Below, piece after piece: positions 10,469 through 20,502 of a stretch of 64,000 nucleotides of DNA. The notes below the pieces were generated by a model. That model was not told the origin of the DNA. It was given only the letters and a program-made list of their open reading frames with translations, and ran no database searches. The position numbers and the translations under genes are program-made. The stretch comes from a virus. The stretch's first letter is position 1. The number at the start of each line of letters is the position of its first letter. The stretch spans positions 4,323 through 68,322 of the IMG/VR virus record IMGVR_UViG_3300034283_000433; one strand, 5' to 3'.

Positions 10469-11083
10469 TTAGTTTAAGTAGGCTTTACCACTAATTGCAG
10501 CAGTAAAAGTTATTGTTAGTTGATTTAGTGAATTATATTTTACTTCTCCCATAATGATATCGTTAGACGTATCCACGATATTTATGGCAGCATATTTATT
10601 TAAATTATGTACTACTGTCCAAGTAGCACTTGCAACTTGTTGGTCGTGCACATAGTTTTCTCTTGTCTGTGTTTGGATATAACTAAGGTCAAGATTAACA
10701 TTTACGCTAGTGCCTGTAAAGTCCGTTGAGCCAGTTAATCCAAGCCCTAAATTCAATGGTGTAACTTTGAATACGTATGGAGATACTGTATTAATGCTAG
10801 AAACCACCACTATGTCGCTATATATTGGGCTTAACTTACCATAGTCATATAGATTCACCTTTGCACTTAACCTCTCTACAACCTTGTCTAGTTTACTATT
10901 ACCTACATAGTAATTATCAGCCCACTCAACAGCTTTCTTGTATAAAAAGATTATATCTCTCTCATAATCAAGCAGTTCGCTGTCTTCAGCAAACATATCG
11001 TCATAAGCTACTGAGCCTAGTCTATAAAGGGTTTTATCCGCCTTTAAGAGAATATCTGATATTTCGGTTATAGTATAACCCAT
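10469..11083 (-). CDS. Tail fibre attachment (hub-like) protein
   Basis: C-terminal YVH.Q..AS.TW...HNL...GKAYLN domain; position before fibres. Confidence 0.6.
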   Translation of the reverse strand: MGYTITEISDILLKADKTLYRLGSVAYDDMFAEDSELLDYERDIIFLYKKAVEWADNYYVGNSKLDKVVERLSAKVNLYDYGKLSPIYSDIVVVSSINTVSPYVFKVTPLNLGLGLTGSTDFTGTSVNVNLDLSYIQTQTRENYVHDQQVASATWTVVHNLNKYAAINIVDTSNDIIMGEVKYNSLNQLTITFTAAISGKAYLN

Positions 11084-11637
11084 TAGTAACCTATTTTAAG
11101 AGCATCAGAAATATACTTACCTCTATCAAGGCAAGACTGAGAAGCACCAATGTCTCCGTCAATACCAGCCTTCTTAGCTGATTCTTGCTCTATGAATAAT
11201 CTCTGTAAGTCCTTTACGAATTTGTAGTCTTTCTCAAGACCTGTGCTAATAGCCATCTTATTGGCATTAGAGAAGAACGCACTCATAATGTAGCAAATCA
11301 ATACTACAAGTTCTGTCTTAGTATATACGCTACCTGTCTGAGGTGAGCTAGAAGTAAGTGCTAATGTTATATTAAAAGCATAATCCTTGTCTATAAAGGG
11401 CACATTCTTGTCGTCTACGCCACTCAATGTAATGCTGTTTCCTGAAGCAAAAGGCCATACGTATTGGTTATATGTAACACCATTTACCTTTAGATATGTA
11501 CCATCTGATTTAACGATTGTAAGCTTTCTAGAAGAGAATGTATTTGTAGCCTCTACATTATAGGTAGACGTATCAGTCACAATGAACTGACTGCAGTCTG
11601 CTCCTTGGGTAATGCTAATTGAGGTGATAAAAGGCAT
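11083..11637 (-). CDS. Putative virion structural protein
   Basis: Start moved to MPFITS (ATG 11637), just downstream of TATATTTG at 11653-11660. Confidence 0.6.
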   Translation of the reverse strand: MPFITSISITQGADCSQFIVTDTSTYNVEATNTFSSRKLTIVKSDGTYLKVNGVTYNQYVWPFASGNSITLSGVDDKNVPFIDKDYAFNITLALTSSSPQTGSVYTKTELVVLICYIMSAFFSNANKMAISTGLEKDYKFVKDLQRLFIEQESAKKAGIDGDIGASQSCLDRGKYISDALKIGY

Positions 11638-11671
11638 ATTAAAACGTTTACGCAAATATACCTAAAAACTC

Positions 11672-14600
11672 CTATTTATTCTTTGGCTGTGCTAGCTTCA
11701 TATATTCTATACCAGTAGGATTGTCTGCATTCATTAACCCTAGATTGTACAATAAGCCGAAATAGTTGCTTTTCTCTTTAGCGTCCATATCTGAAGCCTG
11801 GTCAAATATATACTTTGCTCTAATCTTAGCGTCATTGATAATATAGGCTTGGTATACATTTTGGTCATAGTTTTTTTGAATATACTTTCTTTTCATATCT
11901 GCAGAAACAGACTTAGATATATTTCCAGCTATTCCACCACGCTTATCTGAGCTAAGTGTAACCAATTTGCTGTATAAAGAAGGATAATCCTTTTTAACAG
12001 GTTCAAGCGTTTTTATTATTTCCGCAAACTTGTTTTCTATCTGCTTATTATAGTTGTCATACTCCTCTTGAGAACCTTTTTTATTTGCAAGTAATGCGCC
12101 AAATGCTTTTGAACGCAAGTGCTCAATCTCCAATAAATCGCCCTCAATCAAAGACTTATAATAGTTTGGCGTGCCAGAGAACATTCTTTTCTGTAAAGAC
12201 AATCCATTAAATATAGCACCTTTCCAGTCTTTCTCAATGTCATTCTTTATGCTTACAGGAGCTCCAGATGCTAATTCAATTGCAGTTTCAAATGCAATCT
12301 TTGGAATATATATAAGAGGGTTTCTTTCTGGCTGTCCGTATATCTTTTGACCTGCAGCTTGCATTCTAGCTGGAGACAAACCAGTTGCACTACCTACTTT
12401 TTTATAGAAAGTACTTACAGCTTCATCAGTAGCTCCTTCTATGCTATCTGGTATATCAGCCTCGTCTTTTACTAGTTGTCTCTTAGTAAACAAGTCTAAG
12501 TTATTGTATGCCATCATAGCTGCAGCGCCTGGAGGTAACTTTGCAGGAATCTCTGTAATATCTCCAAATGGATTAGCATTAGCAATAGCACCAACATAAT
12601 CAGCCTTGCTGTATATAGCATTGTTAACCTTGCTTTCAAATCCCATCATACCAGCTACCCAGAAATTTTTATATACTGGAGGTAAAGGAACCTTTACAAA
12701 CGCTCTTTCTGGGACATTACCACCTACGTATATGTTAAGGTAGTTTAGCTTTTGGTATTCAGATAATGCATCCCAAGCAGCTTTTTTCTTCTTTTTTTCT
12801 TCTTCGTCTTCCCAAGCCATATTCAATACACCTGCACTATAAGCTGTTAACATACCGCCTATAGATAGCATTTCCGCTAATTGATAAGCTGCTCTACCTG
12901 GATTCTTTTTAATCTGGTCTGTAACAGAAACCCCTGTTCTAACTGTAGAGTTTAAATAGATAATTAATCTTGACGCTGGCTTAATAATACTACCTCCTCT
13001 AGCAAAGTCAGAACTTCTTCTAGCTTCGTGAGCAGCCTTGGCATATATATCATTCATCTCGGAAGTATTTGGTTGTCTTCCGTTTTCTTTTGCAAACTTT
13101 TCTGTAAATACAACTCTTGCTCTATCAAATATAATAAGTCTTGTAGCCTTCTCTGTTACGTCTGATACTTTACCTAAACCTGTCGCATCTATTAATTTAT
13201 CTATAAATTCAACTGGCTTAGAACTATATTTGCTAGCATTATTGATTAACTTTTCATAATTATCTCCATCTACAACGTCTTTTGATAATAAAGAAGATTC
13301 TAATTCTTTACCAGCGTTCATTTCAGTAAATGCACCCCACTTTGCAGCTAATCTATATTTATCTCCTCTTTTGATAACTTGTTGTATAGAACCTCTCCAT
13401 CCTACTTTATCAACTCCACCAAGTGCAATCTGTGCATATGCAACAGGAACAGATGGAGCAAATACATTAGTAGCAACTGCAGCTGTTATAGGGTCTAATG
13501 CAATCATCTGAAATATACCAAATCCAGGGTTCTTACCAGTAAATATTTTTTGAGCTAAACTAGCAAATGTTATATTGGCTAATGTATTAATTTCATCAGA
13601 TTGACGATATTTTGCATTCCATTGTTTTGTTATTTCATTGTCTGCAAGTAATGCCTTTTTTTGTCCATCTTCATAGTAGAATATGTAAGACTTCCCTTCT
13701 GGTGCTTTTGGATAAACAGGATTACCTTCCATATCAAGTCTAACCTCACCTTCGTCATCTACTAATGGATTAACGATTTGAATCATACCATTATCAGGAA
13801 TACTTTCAGCAAACTTAACCAATCCTAATGCAGCCCTATTATTAGATATACTCTTATAATGACCAGCAGCAAATACTTGGAATACATTTTCGTAGTCAGT
13901 AAGAATATCTCCTTCAGCACCGCCAGTTAAAACAGCCTTTCTTAGTTGATTAGGGTTTTTTGATACTACTCTAGCATACTCTGGATTTTCTTCTTGTAAT
14001 ATCTTCTCTATGTATGTAATTGGAACGTAATCGTATTTAGTATAGAATTCGTGCTGCTCTTTAGACGCTATGCCATTTTCCAACTTTTCATCCATAAGCT
14101 TCTTAAATGTATTAAACATTTTATCTGCTCTATTATTTAAATCTTCAAATGTAGCACCATCAAACATTGCAACATTATCAATTTCTTTTTGCAATAATTC
14201 TATTCTCTTTTTAGCAAATCCTGCATTATCTGCTACCTTTTTACCTGTAGCATCTACAGTAGAACCTACTTGGTAGTTTTGCAAATATTCTGTAGTAGTC
14301 TGCGTCTGTGGATTATATTTTCTTCCTAATACTTTTCTACCTTGTAAATATTCTACAGTAGCGTCTATTCTAACTTGAAGTGCTTCTTTTTTAGCCTTAC
14401 TTCTAAGTTTTTTCATCTGAGCGCGCATTGCTTGAAGTTCATTGAATTTGTCTTCAATCATATTTTGTATAGCTACAATTCTTCTTGCACTAATAATTTG
14501 ATTAAGTAATTCAACTTCGCTAGTCTTACTTCCTAATATTTCAATATCGTTTTTGTCAGATAATCCACCGTAAACAGCTTCTGTTAAGTCTTCTGATATT

Positions 14601-17600
14601 AAAGCAGATTGAGCACCAAAACCTCTTGAAGTTGTAAGCAATGATTCTGCAACAGTTCCTGCTTCACCTTTATTTCTAAGCAAGTTTATTAATGTAGTCT
14701 GATTTTCTATTCCACCAAGCTTAATATTTTTATATTTATTTTTAATATTACTAATTAAACCAGTTTTTTCAATAGACTCTTGTGCTCTTTTCTTTGCATT
14801 TATATTATACGCAAATGAAGCAGCCGCATCAGCTTCCGTTCTAGCGTTTTCTTTAGCTGTTTGTTTTGCTGATTTTCTAGTACCACCTTCTTGTTGTAAT
14901 GCAAGTTGTTTTCTTACAGCAATAATAGGCTGTGCTCCCATAGCTGATTTAGCAGCCTGTGGTTTACCTCTTTGTCCAAGTGGTGTTTGATTGGCTTCTT
15001 TTGAAGCAGGTATAAAGCTAGGAGCAATATCTCTAACGTCGTAAAACTTATTAAATATACCTATAGGAGTACCTGTAACTACAAATGGATAAGAAGGGTG
15101 ATTCTTAAATCTATTGTCTGTTCTAGTATCTACAATAGGACTATTTTTATCAATTTGTATAGCAGCTACAATATCACCATATTCTGCACTTTTAACAAGA
15201 GGGTCATTGGATATATCAAGCGCTGTCTCTAATCTTGGAATACCAAAGTTCTTTTCTGTAAATGCACTAAATACTTTTTTAGTAAAACCACCTCTTTGGT
15301 CGTAGCTAAATTTAGAAGGGCCTTCTATAGGCATTAAATTTTCTAAATCTGCAATAGACTCTATACTTGTCTTCTTACCTTTGCTTGCTAATAATTGTCT
15401 AAATGTTTGACCTTTCTTAACATTAGTATCTAACTTGCTGTCAAGATACTTTGCTAAATCTTTTTCTGCAACACCTTTATCTATTGCATTGTAAAATTCG
15501 CCAATCATATATCCGTAGAAGTCATAACTTCCAGTAATACCTTCTTCTTTTTGTGACATTATAAGCCCTACGCCATCACTTGCTTTTGCTCTGTTTAAAA
15601 ACTTCTGAGCTGCAGCTTTTGTAGTAAATGCCCATACACCTGTACCATCTTGATATGAATAACCAACGCCTCCGTTAAACTCGTGAACATATCCACTAGG
15701 TGATTTAACAAAAGCAGAAACAGCTTTATCTGCAGCGAATATAAATGCGTTAGCACCATCAATATCACTTATATCTATAAACTTAAGATTCTTTTCGTCA
15801 AAGTTTCTTTCAGCTATTTCTAAATTTAATCCTTCTTTGTTAGGGCCTCTTTCAGTAGGCTTTATGTTACCAGCATTAATTACAATAGTATCAGAAGTAA
15901 TACCAGCCTCTGTTGCAGAACCTGAAGTTTCACTAACTATTATAATTTCTTTTCCTGTTTGGAATGCTTCTTTAATCTTTGCAGCTATAGACTTGATATC
16001 GTCTAAAGAATTAATATCTGTGCCTAATCCTATAATATCTAAGAATCCTCTAATTACGTCTAAGATATTCTGCATTACAGTAGGCTGGTCTACAGGTAGT
16101 TCAATTTGTCCGTCTGCAACTCTAGCTATAAATTCTACAATAGCTTCTGACTTTACAGTATCGTCTCCGTAGATAGAATAGCCATCGCCAAAAGCTAATA
16201 CACCATTTACACCATCAAGAGTTTCACTAAGGTCTCTCAATTGATTGTACAACGTACCAACAGCTTCTGAGTTTTGCTCTGCTATAATATTGATAATAGG
16301 ATGAGCTCCTTCGTGGAATATTGTAGATGTTTTAGCCTTTTTAGCAATATTCTCCGCATTAAGATATATAATATCATTCTCTGGGTCAAATGCTCCATTA
16401 GAGCCTCTTAAGTCCCTTTCTCTTTGTTTACTTACTGTTTCTCCATTGTCCAACTCTTGTTGTAACAAAGTATTACCATACTCTTGAACCGTAGGTATAA
16501 CAGCTATTTTAAGATTTGGCTTGATACTTTTTAATGCAGATACGACATTCGCTGCTCTATTGATAACGCCATCTATTAAAGACCTAGGTCTATCTATGGT
16601 TGATGTTGCTGCATTTTGAGCGTCAATAACTATTTTTTGTTGTTGCGTCTTGCTGCCGAAAGCGCTATAGCGATTATCTGTTTCATTGGACGCTTGGTTT
16701 TGGATGCCTTGAGTTCCCTGATATTGGCTGATACTGCTTGTTGCTGTGCTTTCTTGCCCTTCGCTGATTGTAGTGGCATATTGTTTATTTTTAATATTTA
16801 ATCCTGTCTTATCATCAACCTCTTCTGTAAGAGGGTCGTCAGATGCTTGCGCTCTGCTGATTCTCTCGTTTACTTGCTCTAACTCAGTATTTAATGCATT
16901 TAACGCACTAATGTTAGTTTCTGGCGTATTCTTTATTTGCTCTTGTAAGGCTTCTGCCTTCATAGTCAAACCAGCTACTGTAGGTACAGCATCTTGGTTA
17001 GACACCATAACCTTAGCCTTTGTGTCTCTAAACTTATTTACATCGTCTACTGCCTTTTTAGCTGTACCTTCTGGAACTAAGCCTGTTTGTTCCATAGCTA
17101 CCATATTATTGTAGATAGTCTGATTATCTAAGTTTGATATAGCATTGTAAGCATATGACTTAACGTACTTAGGTACTGATACAGCACCACCAATAGCAGC
17201 AAATCCAAGTTGAGTTAAAAACTCCGCCTTGAACTGCTCCTCAGCTGAATCATCCGAACCTCCTCTAACCTTTTCCATAGAGTATGCAACAGCACCATCT
17301 AAAAAGCCAGATAAGGCCAATTCCTTGCCATTTGAAGCTGCATCTTTTAAGAATGCCTTAGTAGCTTGCCCAAAAGATTTAAGGTCTCTAGCAGGCGCTA
17401 AATCAGCAAATTTGTTTAATACCTTGTTACCCAAGTATTGACTCACTGCTCCCTCTGCAGCACCAGTTAATAATGGCACTTTGCTATTCCAAAAATTAGT
17501 AGCTACTTCGTATGCATCGTCGTCTGAAAGTCCACTCTGTTTAGCTTTTTGGAATGCCTGATTCATACTGTCAAATTGCTGTCTCTTACCTTGCACAGCA

Positions 17601-18511
17601 CCGACAACAGCAGGTGATAACATTTGGCCTAATCCAGGGATTGCGCCTACAGTTATACCCGTAGCAATGTCTGGCATAACGCCACCCATCATAGAAGCTG
17701 TTTCTGCGAATGCTCCACGTCTTTCCATACCAACAGTGCCTAAATCTTTATCCATTGGTCTGTCAATATATCTTGTCTTATTAGGCTTTCCAGCCTCTCC
17801 TATAGTAGGTATTTGAACTCTCTTGCTACCTTTCATAAACGAAATCTGCTCGTCTTTGTCCATCATATCAAAGTCAGCTACCTGAGAATTTGCATTTAGT
17901 GTATTTTGTACACCATCTATAAAGTTGGCAATAGTGCCATCTATAACATTCTTAAGTACAGGGAATCCTTTGTCATCTTTAGCAATACGTAATTCTCCTT
18001 TCTTAAATCTAGATAAAAAATCCTCTTTCTTTTGAGCTACGAATACGTCTCTCATTGGCATATCAGCAGGAAGCTGATTAGCATATAATTTAGCCTGATT
18101 GTCTATAGCTATCAATGCATTTTCGTATGTATTAATATTAGCCTTAGACTTCTCAAGTACGATTCCTTTTGGCTTTTCTCCTGTAACCTCTTTAGCTTTT
18201 ACAACAGGCTTAACAGCTTCTACTCTAGGCTTCATTTCAGCCATAGCAGCAGCTTCTACATCTTTCATTGAAAATGCAGGTTTAGCCTCTTGTTTAGCTT
18301 GTTCTTTTTGTACGGGAAGTTGACCAGCCCTTGCAGCTTTAAATAATGGCTGTACAGATGGAGCACCCTTCTTTAAGGTATTCAAATAGTTTGCTCTAAG
18401 TAATTCGCTTACACTAGAGTATCCAGTTCTTCTATCTTTTGGATTAGTAGGGCCTTGACTATTGCCTTCGCTATTGTAATCAACGGTTTCGTCTGTAGTA
18501 TTTTCAGCCAT
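11672..18511 (-). CDS. Large internal virion/ejection (polyvalent-type) protein with zincin HExxH motif
   Basis: 2279 aa, helical; IFHEGAH...SEAIVE; third of three ejection-like genes after the nozzle. Confidence 0.7.
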   Translation of the reverse strand: MAENTTDETVDYNSEGNSQGPTNPKDRRTGYSSVSELLRANYLNTLKKGAPSVQPLFKAARAGQLPVQKEQAKQEAKPAFSMKDVEAAAMAEMKPRVEAVKPVVKAKEVTGEKPKGIVLEKSKANINTYENALIAIDNQAKLYANQLPADMPMRDVFVAQKKEDFLSRFKKGELRIAKDDKGFPVLKNVIDGTIANFIDGVQNTLNANSQVADFDMMDKDEQISFMKGSKRVQIPTIGEAGKPNKTRYIDRPMDKDLGTVGMERRGAFAETASMMGGVMPDIATGITVGAIPGLGQMLSPAVVGAVQGKRQQFDSMNQAFQKAKQSGLSDDDAYEVATNFWNSKVPLLTGAAEGAVSQYLGNKVLNKFADLAPARDLKSFGQATKAFLKDAASNGKELALSGFLDGAVAYSMEKVRGGSDDSAEEQFKAEFLTQLGFAAIGGAVSVPKYVKSYAYNAISNLDNQTIYNNMVAMEQTGLVPEGTAKKAVDDVNKFRDTKAKVMVSNQDAVPTVAGLTMKAEALQEQIKNTPETNISALNALNTELEQVNERISRAQASDDPLTEEVDDKTGLNIKNKQYATTISEGQESTATSSISQYQGTQGIQNQASNETDNRYSAFGSKTQQQKIVIDAQNAATSTIDRPRSLIDGVINRAANVVSALKSIKPNLKIAVIPTVQEYGNTLLQQELDNGETVSKQRERDLRGSNGAFDPENDIIYLNAENIAKKAKTSTIFHEGAHPIINIIAEQNSEAVGTLYNQLRDLSETLDGVNGVLAFGDGYSIYGDDTVKSEAIVEFIARVADGQIELPVDQPTVMQNILDVIRGFLDIIGLGTDINSLDDIKSIAAKIKEAFQTGKEIIIVSETSGSATEAGITSDTIVINAGNIKPTERGPNKEGLNLEIAERNFDEKNLKFIDISDIDGANAFIFAADKAVSAFVKSPSGYVHEFNGGVGYSYQDGTGVWAFTTKAAAQKFLNRAKASDGVGLIMSQKEEGITGSYDFYGYMIGEFYNAIDKGVAEKDLAKYLDSKLDTNVKKGQTFRQLLASKGKKTSIESIADLENLMPIEGPSKFSYDQRGGFTKKVFSAFTEKNFGIPRLETALDISNDPLVKSAEYGDIVAAIQIDKNSPIVDTRTDNRFKNHPSYPFVVTGTPIGIFNKFYDVRDIAPSFIPASKEANQTPLGQRGKPQAAKSAMGAQPIIAVRKQLALQQEGGTRKSAKQTAKENARTEADAAASFAYNINAKKRAQESIEKTGLISNIKNKYKNIKLGGIENQTTLINLLRNKGEAGTVAESLLTTSRGFGAQSALISEDLTEAVYGGLSDKNDIEILGSKTSEVELLNQIISARRIVAIQNMIEDKFNELQAMRAQMKKLRSKAKKEALQVRIDATVEYLQGRKVLGRKYNPQTQTTTEYLQNYQVGSTVDATGKKVADNAGFAKKRIELLQKEIDNVAMFDGATFEDLNNRADKMFNTFKKLMDEKLENGIASKEQHEFYTKYDYVPITYIEKILQEENPEYARVVSKNPNQLRKAVLTGGAEGDILTDYENVFQVFAAGHYKSISNNRAALGLVKFAESIPDNGMIQIVNPLVDDEGEVRLDMEGNPVYPKAPEGKSYIFYYEDGQKKALLADNEITKQWNAKYRQSDEINTLANITFASLAQKIFTGKNPGFGIFQMIALDPITAAVATNVFAPSVPVAYAQIALGGVDKVGWRGSIQQVIKRGDKYRLAAKWGAFTEMNAGKELESSLLSKDVVDGDNYEKLINNASKYSSKPVEFIDKLIDATGLGKVSDVTEKATRLIIFDRARVVFTEKFAKENGRQPNTSEMNDIYAKAAHEARRSSDFARGGSIIKPASRLIIYLNSTVRTGVSVTDQIKKNPGRAAYQLAEMLSIGGMLTAYSAGVLNMAWEDEEEKKKKKAAWDALSEYQKLNYLNIYVGGNVPERAFVKVPLPPVYKNFWVAGMMGFESKVNNAIYSKADYVGAIANANPFGDITEIPAKLPPGAAAMMAYNNLDLFTKRQLVKDEADIPDSIEGATDEAVSTFYKKVGSATGLSPARMQAAGQKIYGQPERNPLIYIPKIAFETAIELASGAPVSIKNDIEKDWKGAIFNGLSLQKRMFSGTPNYYKSLIEGDLLEIEHLRSKAFGALLANKKGSQEEYDNYNKQIENKFAEIIKTLEPVKKDYPSLYSKLVTLSSDKRGGIAGNISKSVSADMKRKYIQKNYDQNVYQAYIINDAKIRAKYIFDQASDMDAKEKSNYFGLLYNLGLMNADNPTGIEYMKLAQPKNK
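16630..16779 (-). CDS. Nested out-of-frame small basic protein (49 aa)
   Basis: Hand-translated MPLQSAKGKKAQQQAVSANIRELKASKTKRPMKQIIAIALSAARRNNKK; A-rich leader; resembles a common stand-alone phage peptide family. Confidence 0.7.
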   Translation of the reverse strand: MPLQSAKGKKAQQQAVSANIRELKASKTKRPMKQIIAIALSAARRNNKK

Positions 18512-18562
18512 ATTTACGTATGAATTATATACGCAAATCTAAGATTTTTTGCCTAGATATTA

Positions 18563-19789
18563 CTATTGTGGGATGGAACCTGGCTTATATCCTCTTTGTG
18601 CTGCAAGTTGTATATAAGATGCTCTAGCCTTATCAATCATATCTTGAGTGATACCCATATCTTCTAAATCTTCTGTACTATATAGGTTACCTCCAGTTTC
18701 CAAAATAAGTCTCAATGTAGATGCATTAGCACCAGAATTCTTTCCTAATATCTTATCTCTAGCCATCTTTAATCTCGCTTGAGTTGCCTTATCATTCATA
18801 TTCAACTTTAATGCAGCAAGTTTAGCATTAAACTCTTTCATTGAAACAGAAGTACCTAAAGTATTTCTATCTAAGTAACCTCTATTTGCAGCTATTACCA
18901 TTGCAGGAGAAGCTTTTGTAATATCACCTTGTAACTCAGGATATGCTGTAAGTATTTTGTCAGCTGTTTTCTTAGCTAATTGTTTAGCTATCAAAGAGTC
19001 TGTATCTGTAGCAGCAGAACCTAAAGAAGCCTGAAGTGCGGCCTTTTGGTCTACAGCAGCATTTTTAATTAATGCGTCTGCATTTAATGCATCGGTAACT
19101 CTACCTAAAACAGCGTATTGGTCTTTTATTGTAAATTGCTCCTTCTCTGGTACACTAACAACTTGATATCCTTTCTCTCCCTTTGTGCCTATTTCAATAT
19201 CAAAACTCTTTCCTGGAACATCTACGCTTCCTTTATTTTCCTTAATACCCTTTAAAGCACCATCTAAAGTAGTAAAGTCTCTTTCATTAGCCTTAAAGTT
19301 ATATGCAGTAGGAGCTTTTATTTCATCAAAATTAATCTGGTCAATAGGCTTTGTTTTAAGCAACATCATAGTTTGATTCATATCGTCTGGTAAAGCATAT
19401 CCAGAATTAGTCATTCTATCTGCATATTTTACCATATCTCCAAGTATACTAGCGCCTTTTGCAGAGTCTGTGTATACCTTATTCAACTTACCTCTAACAG
19501 CATCTAATTCAGCTTGTTTAGCTGATATTTTTTCTGTATTAGCACCGCCTCTATTTAACTTATTAAACTCAATAGCTTTTTTTCTGTACTCGTCAAAAGC
19601 AGTTGCAAACAAAGGAATATCCTTTGGCATCATTTTGCCAGTGTCATAAGTACTTTTAAAATCGTCAATTTCTCTTCTTACGATAGCCTCTCTTTGCATT
19701 CTAAATTGAGCCGCTTGTTGCAAACCTTGGGCAATACTTTGCCCTATTCCCGAAAAATCTACTGGTGCTACTCTAAAATCAATTGCCAT
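18563..19789 (-). CDS. Putative internal virion/ejection protein
   Basis: 408 aa helical, VDFSGIGQSIAQGL N-terminus; synteny. Confidence 0.55.
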   Translation of the reverse strand: MAIDFRVAPVDFSGIGQSIAQGLQQAAQFRMQREAIVRREIDDFKSTYDTGKMMPKDIPLFATAFDEYRKKAIEFNKLNRGGANTEKISAKQAELDAVRGKLNKVYTDSAKGASILGDMVKYADRMTNSGYALPDDMNQTMMLLKTKPIDQINFDEIKAPTAYNFKANERDFTTLDGALKGIKENKGSVDVPGKSFDIEIGTKGEKGYQVVSVPEKEQFTIKDQYAVLGRVTDALNADALIKNAAVDQKAALQASLGSAATDTDSLIAKQLAKKTADKILTAYPELQGDITKASPAMVIAANRGYLDRNTLGTSVSMKEFNAKLAALKLNMNDKATQARLKMARDKILGKNSGANASTLRLILETGGNLYSTEDLEDMGITQDMIDKARASYIQLAAQRGYKPGSIPQ

Positions 19790-19808
19790 TTATGTTATAT
19801 TTTATATT

Positions 19809-20501
19809 TTAAGCTCCTGGAGGTTTTCCTAAAAATGCACCTGCTACTTGAGCCGCGCCTTGTATAGCTGTACTTAATGTTTGATTTAATCTACTTCTTT
19901 CCGCTACACCTTTATTAATCAACGCTTCATTCTTCATTTGTTGAAGACCAAGAACGTCTCTACCATATTGCATTTTAACGCCAATATTTGACATCTGATT
20001 TTCTCTTTTCATCATAGCATTTTGAGCAGCTAATCTTAATGCAAAATCACTTGAACTAGCAGCTAAACCTGGAATACCAGCTAATGCAGAGCGTCTAGTT
20101 CCTAATGCTCTAAGAGCAGTGCTCATACCTCTAGATTGCTCTTGCATAGCTAATTGTTGAGACGCTGCATCCATCCCCTGATTTGCCATAGCATTAGACT
20201 GAGCTAAAGCTTGTTGCTGTTCAGGAGTCATATCCATATTCATTAAATTCTGCATACCTTGCTCTTCCATTTGTTTAGCTCTCTTAACTTTTTGAATATG
20301 TCTTTGGCCAGCTCCTATTAAAGCTCCAAGTCCACCAGTAAGCGCAACTCCACCAGCTGTCTGAAAAAAGGTTTTTTTGTATTTTTCTGGCGAAACAGAG
20401 TAATTCTGATTAGCACTTGTGTTTACTCCTGCAATACCTGGCGTGCCCATTGTATTTGTTACACTTGATGAAGGGACACCCAAATTATATTTTTCAGCCA
20501 T
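19809..20501 (-). CDS. Putative DNA ejection protein
   Basis: G/A/Q-rich with hydrophobic GG.ALTGGLGALIGAG segment; synteny. Confidence 0.55.
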   Translation of the reverse strand: MAEKYNLGVPSSSVTNTMGTPGIAGVNTSANQNYSVSPEKYKKTFFQTAGGVALTGGLGALIGAGQRHIQKVKRAKQMEEQGMQNLMNMDMTPEQQQALAQSNAMANQGMDAASQQLAMQEQSRGMSTALRALGTRRSALAGIPGLAASSSDFALRLAAQNAMMKRENQMSNIGVKMQYGRDVLGLQQMKNEALINKGVAERSRLNQTLSTAIQGAAQVAGAFLGKPPGA

Positions 20502-20502
20502 T

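Noticed and set aside
11672-18511. crAss-type virion RNA polymerase
   Set aside because: No DxDxD catalytic motif found; host-type promoters occur throughout
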